Part shown: piece after piece, positions 57,369 through 64,000 of the stretch | How the letters are laid out: each line of letters starts with the position of its first letter | Position numbering within the stretch: position 1 is the first letter of the stretch | From: a virus | DNA: 64,000 bases | Reading direction: 5' to 3' (one strand) | Virus record (IMG/VR): IMGVR_UViG_3300037424_002120 | Location: 31,483-95,482 of that record | Notes under the pieces: model-generated | The model's input: only the letters and a program-made list of their open reading frames with translations | The model's database searches: none | What the model was told of the DNA's origin: nothing | Position numbers and translations under genes: made by a program

Positions 57369-59311
57369 AGCAGGTATCCATGTGCAACTACAGCATTATT
57401 TGTGTTTCCGGCTCCAAGAGCGGGGCATGTTACCACAATATCGGTATTTGTTGCACTTGAAGGTATCGGTGGATTGAATGCAACAACACAAGGTGTGTTT
57501 GCGATTAAAGCACCTGCAATGGCAGTATAAATGTAGGAAAGTGTTCCGGTTATTACTCCTGCAACCGTTGCAACCACAGGCAGTCCTACTGTCGACCCGC
57601 TTCCCGTGATTTCGAACCCAGTAATATATGTCGTTTTGCTGACAGCTCCTACCAGCGTCGCCACTCCGCTACTATTTGCGACGTTACCAGACGCCGCCGT
57701 GATAGGTGTGGAGGCGGATGGATAGGGAGTCGAAGGATTGGCCAGTAGGGGTGTCATGCTAGCTAATCCTTGCACAGAGAGAACATCACTAGAAGCTGTC
57801 CCAGCCGTGCCTAGAGCAGGCTGCTTGGCGGATGTCGACGCTCCCGTTGGCAAAGGCAATGAAGCCGCTGATACAGGCTGGGTCGTCGCACTTGCATCAG
57901 TCTTCAGAGCGGTCATGCTGGCAATCCCTTGCACAGAGAGAACATCACTAGAAGCTGTCCCAGCCGTGCCTAGAGCAGGCTGCTTGGCGGATGTCGACGC
58001 TCCCGTTGGCAAAGGCAATGAAGCCGCTGATACAGGCTGGGTCGTCGCACTTGCATCAGTCTTCAGAGCGGTCATGCTGGCAATCCCTTGCACAGAGAGA
58101 ACATCGCCAGAAGCTGTCCCAGCTGTTCCTAGAGCAGGCTGTTTGGCAGATGTGGAGGCACCTGTAGGTAGCGGCAAGGCATTTGCCGACACAGGCTGGG
58201 TTATCCCGCTCCCATCGACTTCTATTCGATGGTTCCCACTATCCCAGATATCGTTTAGGATTTTGACAATTCCCCTCAGCTTGCCCGAAATACTGCCATT
58301 TGCATCAGTTGTTATAGCCGCATCAGTTGTAGAGCCTGTAGCGGCTTCCGTACTTTGTAAAGGAGAGACAGATTTTGCATAGAGAAGGAGTGTTCCTGTT
58401 GTGGACCCAGATGTCCATGATGTTTGCTTTATTTGCAGATATCGGTATGTGCGAAAACCATAGAATATTCCAGTTGCCGCTGCTGTTGTTGCAGTAGTTC
58501 CAAGAGAACTATAAGAAATTACGGGCTGAAAATTGACGCCATCATTGGAACCTTGAAATGTAAGAACGCCTCCAGTGGCTATTGTGTCTACTTCAAGCGT
58601 CCACATCTCGTATGCGCTGATATCTATTGAAGGTACCAACAGTGCTTCATCAGCACTTGCAGCAAGTCCAGTGATATTTGTTCCAACGATCGTTGTTGGC
58701 TCAGGAACGTTTGAAACAACTTCTCCATTTGTTGCGCTAAAAAGACTAAATTTTACAAGATCGCCGCCGACAGGAGCACCATAAATGCCGAACAGACCAG
58801 AGGAAAGAGTACCATCTGAAGCAAGCACGCTCCATGGCGTTGGCTCTGTTGTTAGTGCATCCCACACTTTTACCTTTAAGGTAGAGCCAATGGCTTGAAA
58901 ACGCATGTAATACTCAGTATCAATTGATGTAGAAAATGCAGCAGACCCTAAAATGGTATCAGAGCCACTTATGCTTTTACCGATCTCTACTACATTTGAA
59001 TGAATATTTGCAAAATAATAATGGTTTGCATCTGAGCACCTCAATGCAGCGCCTGCAACGGCATTAGTATTCCCACCTTGCACAACCTTAACAAGCGCTT
59101 CTGTATCGCTTTCTGACATACTTGCATAGGTATACACAAAGCGAGCACTACTGTCCAAGTAGGTCATTACGATATGATTTGAAGCAAAAGAGGGAGTCTG
59201 GTTACCAACCACTTGAGTCCAATTGCCACCGTCAGAGCCGGGACTAATAGCATTTGGACTGCCTCTTCCACCTGTCAAACATGTGTCTACTGCAAAACTA
59301 GTAAGAGCCAT
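57365..59311 (-). CDS. Tail fibre-like structural protein with three 53-aa repeats
   Basis: Beta-sandwich N-term; QPVSAASLPLPTGASTSAKQPALGTAG repeats. Confidence 0.75.
   Translation of the reverse strand: MALTSFAVDTCLTGGRGSPNAISPGSDGGNWTQVVGNQTPSFASNHIVMTYLDSSARFVYTYASMSESDTEALVKVVQGGNTNAVAGAALRCSDANHYYFANIHSNVVEIGKSISGSDTILGSAAFSTSIDTEYYMRFQAIGSTLKVKVWDALTTEPTPWSVLASDGTLSSGLFGIYGAPVGGDLVKFSLFSATNGEVVSNVPEPTTIVGTNITGLAASADEALLVPSIDISAYEMWTLEVDTIATGGVLTFQGSNDGVNFQPVISYSSLGTTATTAAATGIFYGFRTYRYLQIKQTSWTSGSTTGTLLLYAKSVSPLQSTEAATGSTTDAAITTDANGSISGKLRGIVKILNDIWDSGNHRIEVDGSGITQPVSANALPLPTGASTSAKQPALGTAGTASGDVLSVQGIASMTALKTDASATTQPVSAASLPLPTGASTSAKQPALGTAGTASSDVLSVQGIASMTALKTDASATTQPVSAASLPLPTGASTSAKQPALGTAGTASSDVLSVQGLASMTPLLANPSTPYPSASTPITAASGNVANSSGVATLVGAVSKTTYITGFEITGSGSTVGLPVVATVAGVITGTLSYIYTAIAGALIANTPCVVAFNPPIPSSATNTDIVVTCPALGAGNTNNAVVAHGYLL
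57753..58200. repeat. 159-bp tandem repeat, about 3 copies
   Basis: CCTTGCACAGAGAGAACATC at 57768, 57927, 58086. Confidence 0.9.
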
Positions 59312-59328
59312 TACGGTTATCTCCTTTA

Positions 59329-59676
59329 TTATTTGCCGATAAGAGAAAGACTGAATGTAAATGAAGGACTCGTCCCGCCGATGATCCATCGAATTTGGAT
59401 ATTGTTCCCAAATGCTTCGGCCAAGGCAAGTCCAGCTCCGATTGATTTGGAATCAGAGCCGATTGCGCTTCGTACCGCACTTAACCATACGTTGTACCAA
59501 ATACCGTCTACCCCCAGCCGATCAATGGCAAACTGAAGAGTAGGGCTTGTACCAGCGATCACTGTTGTGTTTGCATCAAATGCAAGCTCAAAAAAATACG
59601 TAACGTTGAGAGAACCGCTATTGCCGCTAGCAGTGCGAGCTAAGGATGATGCTGTGTAAATTGTTTGTGCGCTCAT
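59329..59676 (-). CDS. Small jelly-roll-like structural protein
   Basis: GTSPTLQF...IRWIIGGTSPSFTFS. Confidence 0.7.
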   Translation of the reverse strand: MSAQTIYTASSLARTASGNSGSLNVTYFFELAFDANTTVIAGTSPTLQFAIDRLGVDGIWYNVWLSAVRSAIGSDSKSIGAGLALAEAFGNNIQIRWIIGGTSPSFTFSLSLIGK

Positions 59677-59685
59677 CAGAAATCC

Positions 59686-62600
59686 TTATCCTAAAGTAGA
59701 ACTAAGCAAACGCCAAGCTGAGCCGATATTTGCATTTTCAGAGCAAGTAACGGTAGAAAAATATATCTGCGTCGGTGTTCCATTTTCATATCCTATATCC
59801 TGAGTTGTTGATATCCCTGTGATAAGCATAGATGCATCATTTATTTTGTGCTCTGGTAGAAACACAGGAAGATACTGGCCAACGGCAAGAGACGGGTTCC
59901 TTCGCCATGTTTTGAAAGTGATCGTCCGGCCTTGTGTGCCATACCTCTGGAGTTGGCTGTTTGCATAAAGTATTGCTGCTTGCAGGTTCAAACCCATGCT
60001 TGAGACATCCTCCCGGACCGCAACTATGCCCAGTCCTGCGCTTTGCACATCAAAAACGCCAATGACAGATATCGAAAACGTAAAACTTGGGCTTGTGCCT
60101 GTGATTGTCCATCGAAGACGAACTATTGCTCCTAATGCCTGTTTATTTGTAGCAAATGCGCCTATGGTGGATGAAATTGAGCTTGTTGCAGTTATCGCGC
60201 TACTGCTCCATAGATTAGTGTAAATGCTGTTTGCATCTTTCCTATCAACAAAGAATTGGATAGAAGGCGTGGTTCCTGAAACAGACGTGATGTTAATATC
60301 CAGTGCTACACGCCTGTACTTGCTTACATCAAGATCTCCGGTATCTGACGATGCGGTATGGACAGAACTAGGAGAATTTAGCACAGTTTGCACGCCTACT
60401 GAGCGTCCCCTGATAGCGGCAAACTGCTTCTGTGTGACTGTATTGGCCAGATTAGTATTATCTACTGTAATGCTTGTTAAATATTGGTATGTGTAATCTT
60501 GAAATGAGAGCGTGTCTGTTTGCACTAGGACCGTCCCTGATGCATCCTGATCTATAGCATTGCTCCCTGGCGTCCAGTAGAAGTCTTTCCCTGTATCGAT
60601 ACCTTTAATGCCAATGGTCTTGAGTTGGTTGTTGAGGTATACCAGCGGCGGCGGACTAATCAGCTCACCACCAAGAGCCCAGGAGGTTGTTGTGCCATCC
60701 CCTGTTTTGATCTCGCTCTTGGTGGCCGTTGCAATCACATTGTCCAAGATCATCTCATTACGATAAAGATCTGCTGAGTAGTCCACAGTGAGAGGACCAT
60801 CGATGAGTAGTTGCTGATCTGAACTTTGCAATATCCAAGGTGCTGGTTGCGCTACACGTGGGCCAAATATAAAGTTCAGATTTTGATCGATGAACCATGT
60901 ATAATCTGATTTTGTTGCTAAATCACTGAAATTGTCTGAGAGATATGTATTCGTATAATCTGCCGTTGGTATGAGACTGCCTATGCCGATATTTGGATGA
61001 AGTGCAGCTATGACGAGATCTGTAAGCTGTGGTGTGGCAGTTGGGTCTGTGGAGGTCAGGGTAACTTTGCTGTAGACCACTTTGCCAGCCAAATTGTCCC
61101 CCTGTGGCTGTATGCGAAGATTATAAAACTGAGACGTACCTGTATCACTAATGAGGCCACACTGACCGGCTGCAAGTGGCGATCCATCGGTGTAGGTAAA
61201 AATCTGAACACCGTCGAAATACGCTGTGATCAAGCTACCAACCATTGTTACATGGACACGGCGTTTGTCTCCTCTTGTAAATGAGATATTTCCTTGCGTG
61301 GGAAATGTACGCGTACCTCCTGCCATGCGTGCAAGTACAAGTTTATTTGGAGTATTTGAGCTTGAAGCATCGTTGGCAACTACTTGATAATAATTGCTAG
61401 TATTCGAACATCGAAAAACAACGCCTCCTACGTCTGCTCTATCTAGATCTACAACAAGATCAACATTAGATACACTTACGCCGTTGTAGAGGAGAAGAGC
61501 CATATTGCCCCCAGTGACCGTCACTCTGCTGTTCAGTGTGTCCCACACCCATGGAGCTACTGATCCTCCATTGCCAAATGTAGAGGTGTAATTTGGGCTT
61601 GAATTGCTATCAAATGTATCCAGAGTCGGGTTTGGTTGCGAGGTGATGCCTGCAATCGAACCACCATTTGATACGTTGGTGTAAGAAGAACCGTCAAAAC
61701 TTGTGGCTAATGCCACGCTTGTATTTGTCGGTGTGGTTGCTGTCCAAGCTGCGAGTGTCGAGCCCGCTATTCCTGCATTGGAGAGAGAAAGAAACGGCGC
61801 AATACGCGTCCCACTCGCACTATACTGTCCTTGTACCCAAGCCGTGACTCCACTTACAATAGGAATTGCGGTGGCATCGCCAGCTGTCAATTGCAACTGG
61901 ACAAGCAAATTTTTCCCAGAAAGCGATTGTCCAGCCGTCAATCCAGAAATCGTGCCCCCGTTCGTGACTGCTTGATAGGATGACCCACCGTCGATTGATG
62001 TTACGGCCGCAACTTGACATGAAACAGGGATCTGATTTGTATCCCACTCGATCATGCTCGTTCCATAATTCCCAAGTGAGGCTAGTGAGATATTTTGGCT
62101 TGTCCACTGTCCAGTAAGCGAAGAAACAACGCCAAAGTTGTTAAAATATCCAGTAACAAGTGGAGTGCCACTTGTGTAAATTCGCGATCCAATATATCCT
62201 GCTGCTGTATATGTGCTATCAGTTACGTTTATGTAGCGAGCACCATCTAAAAACACCTGATGGTTTGATCCATTTGCAATAATTTTGAGACGATGCCAAC
62301 TATCCGCGCCCAAGCTAATAGACGTAATATTTGTTATTGGATTATAACTGCCCGCTCCTGTACTATTAGTTCCTCGTGCAAGCAAGAGTGATGTAAGTCC
62401 TACTGTGACACTGTATGCATATGAGTCGTTATTATTACCCCAATTTGTCGTACGGTAAACTAATCCTAATGCATAACTTGAAGAAACTTGTACGTCGATT
62501 TCTGCTATAAAATTCGCCCATTGCCCTGCTTGATCAAAACGAGATCGTGCATCAGTTGCTTGGTCTGCTTTCATTCCCAATGTCTTATAATAGGAAAAGT

Positions 62601-64000
62601 GCCCAGGACTAGATGTTCCATAAAGTGTTTGCGAGAAGCCATTGTCATAATTCTGGGTGTATCCCAAAAGCGAGACTCCTCCTCCAGACAAACCTTGCGT
62701 ATTGCTGTAGGTGCCTAAATTGAAATTTGCTTGTGTTGTCGCAGTGGTGATGCTATCCGACTTTGTTGCTTGATAAGACGGATTTGCGCGAATTTTGAGA
62801 TAAATGAAAAATGGGCCAATTGTTGGATCAATACCAAGGAGTATCGTGGTGCGGTATTGAATATTGAATGATGCGACACTCATTCCCGCCTGCAAATTTG
62901 GTATGGCTGAATTATTATTTACTGATTGCCAACTTGCTCCGTTATCAATTGATGTTTGTATAGTTGCTGCACTATCTGGAAATATTGTTGTATTGACTGA
63001 TTGCCAACTTATTAATGATGATTGGGCTATTTTTACAGTATCGATAGAAACTGTGTCTACAATACTGTTTATTACATTATCATACGCCTGAACTACCGAT
63101 ACAGAAACATTAGAATATCCTCTATTCTGCAATTGAGCATTTGCCTGTAAGGTGTTTTGCGTACTATCAAATATATGAGTTTTTAAAACATATGATCCAC
63201 CAGATACGGTATACATCTGTATATTTCTAAAATAGGCTATGTATGTGCCTTGCGTATCACCTTCAAATGCTATTGAAATATATTGTAGAGTCTTTCCTGA
63301 TAATGAGCTACCTAAACCAATTATTCGCGAATACCAAGCATTCGTATTGGCGTATCCAGAAAGATCTGTATTTGGATGTGGAGGAATACCCTGACCATCT
63401 GTATTTCCACTTGCATTATCTCTCCAAGTTGTTCCATCAGTACAAACAACATCAACCCCAGCTTTTATCTCTGGTGAATCCGATTGTATCCAAATATCAT
63501 AAAAAAGTGTATCGGTTGAACTTATTGAATTGCTACCATCGCTGTAAATCATTCTATAGGTGTAATTATTGTTGTAACCCTGTGAACTTATTCCGACAAA
63601 TTTAATAGCAGGTACAGGGCCAGTGGGGAGGATATAACCATGTGCGTAAATCGCAGGGGAACCTGCGAGCGCCAGCTCCAAGTCGCCACCAAGATTTGAG
63701 GTTGCTATCGTATTGGAGAGCGTTCCCTGAGCAAAATCTGTTTGTGTATTATCATCACGTACAGCGTAATTTGCTATCACCCCATCTTGCGAGAGATGGT
63801 CGTCTACCATGCTAACAGCGGCAATACCTGCATATTGGCTTGTAATAATTCTATTGCTTGTTTTCTTGCCTGCCAAGAACTGATTATCGACACAATCCAA
63901 TGACCATGCTAGCGCCGCATTTGCAGCATACTTGACAGCTACTGCTTTCGCAATAAAACCGGTAAATTTGACGCCTTCCACTGTGTCGGTTATAGTAACA
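59686..64000 (-). CDS. Large tail/host-recognition protein, 5' end outside window
   Basis: >1430 aa, frame open to window edge; two lectin-like domains, TSxDGG repeats, hub-like C-terminus. Confidence 0.8.
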   Translation of the reverse strand, partial: VTITDTVEGVKFTGFIAKAVAVKYAANAALAWSLDCVDNQFLAGKKTSNRIITSQYAGIAAVSMVDDHLSQDGVIANYAVRDDNTQTDFAQGTLSNTIATSNLGGDLELALAGSPAIYAHGYILPTGPVPAIKFVGISSQGYNNNYTYRMIYSDGSNSISSTDTLFYDIWIQSDSPEIKAGVDVVCTDGTTWRDNASGNTDGQGIPPHPNTDLSGYANTNAWYSRIIGLGSSLSGKTLQYISIAFEGDTQGTYIAYFRNIQMYTVSGGSYVLKTHIFDSTQNTLQANAQLQNRGYSNVSVSVVQAYDNVINSIVDTVSIDTVKIAQSSLISWQSVNTTIFPDSAATIQTSIDNGASWQSVNNNSAIPNLQAGMSVASFNIQYRTTILLGIDPTIGPFFIYLKIRANPSYQATKSDSITTATTQANFNLGTYSNTQGLSGGGVSLLGYTQNYDNGFSQTLYGTSSPGHFSYYKTLGMKADQATDARSRFDQAGQWANFIAEIDVQVSSSYALGLVYRTTNWGNNNDSYAYSVTVGLTSLLLARGTNSTGAGSYNPITNITSISLGADSWHRLKIIANGSNHQVFLDGARYINVTDSTYTAAGYIGSRIYTSGTPLVTGYFNNFGVVSSLTGQWTSQNISLASLGNYGTSMIEWDTNQIPVSCQVAAVTSIDGGSSYQAVTNGGTISGLTAGQSLSGKNLLVQLQLTAGDATAIPIVSGVTAWVQGQYSASGTRIAPFLSLSNAGIAGSTLAAWTATTPTNTSVALATSFDGSSYTNVSNGGSIAGITSQPNPTLDTFDSNSSPNYTSTFGNGGSVAPWVWDTLNSRVTVTGGNMALLLYNGVSVSNVDLVVDLDRADVGGVVFRCSNTSNYYQVVANDASSSNTPNKLVLARMAGGTRTFPTQGNISFTRGDKRRVHVTMVGSLITAYFDGVQIFTYTDGSPLAAGQCGLISDTGTSQFYNLRIQPQGDNLAGKVVYSKVTLTSTDPTATPQLTDLVIAALHPNIGIGSLIPTADYTNTYLSDNFSDLATKSDYTWFIDQNLNFIFGPRVAQPAPWILQSSDQQLLIDGPLTVDYSADLYRNEMILDNVIATATKSEIKTGDGTTTSWALGGELISPPPLVYLNNQLKTIGIKGIDTGKDFYWTPGSNAIDQDASGTVLVQTDTLSFQDYTYQYLTSITVDNTNLANTVTQKQFAAIRGRSVGVQTVLNSPSSVHTASSDTGDLDVSKYRRVALDINITSVSGTTPSIQFFVDRKDANSIYTNLWSSSAITATSSISSTIGAFATNKQALGAIVRLRWTITGTSPSFTFSISVIGVFDVQSAGLGIVAVREDVSSMGLNLQAAILYANSQLQRYGTQGRTITFKTWRRNPSLAVGQYLPVFLPEHKINDASMLITGISTTQDIGYENGTPTQIYFSTVTCSENANIGSAWRLLSSTLG

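Noticed and set aside
57738-58382. 214-aa repeat ORF on the + strand
   Set aside because: Antisense of the 159-bp repeats in the fibre gene.
53871-64000. Diversity-generating retroelement acting on tail genes
   Set aside because: No reverse transcriptase and no repeat pair with adenine-specific differences seen.

Overview
Part of a large temperate phage or phage-plasmid genome. The host is inferred, not shown, to be a Ktedonobacteria-type Chloroflexota (AGAAAGGA-type RBS, HTH-GNAT regulator, style of the IS200/IS605 and omega-RNA elements). Layout: IS200/IS605 tnpA (0-0.5 kb); a candidate anti-defence island (1.9-7.7 kb); a plasmid/ICE-like block (7.7-19.4 kb: RHH + ParM, membrane FtsK/HerA-like ATPase, HTH/HTH-GNAT switch, primase-polymerase-SF3 helicase with a 23-bp inverted-repeat origin); an array of near-identical strong promoters each driving small genes (23-26 kb); an ORF-less IS605/TnpB-type element in a Bro-N gene; a regulatory/early region (XRE, four solo LuxR HTHs, RusA); iteron-containing initiator + DnaB; a two-frame C5 methyltransferase; dcd/thyX; a lysis cassette; and the distal tail gene cluster, which runs off the window. 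The island holds an ART-like gene, two paralogous HTH-cargo fusions with internal starts (one cargo resembles the AcrIII-1/DUF1874 ring nuclease), a RelA/SpoT-type HD hydrolase, an ORF-less IscB-type omega-RNA element and a 49-bp derivative whose end doubles as an RBS/start. Most notable: the HTH-cargo operons, and two nuclease-free RNA-guide elements of different OMEGA classes beside a TnpA. All family calls are by-eye motif recognition; no database searches were run.
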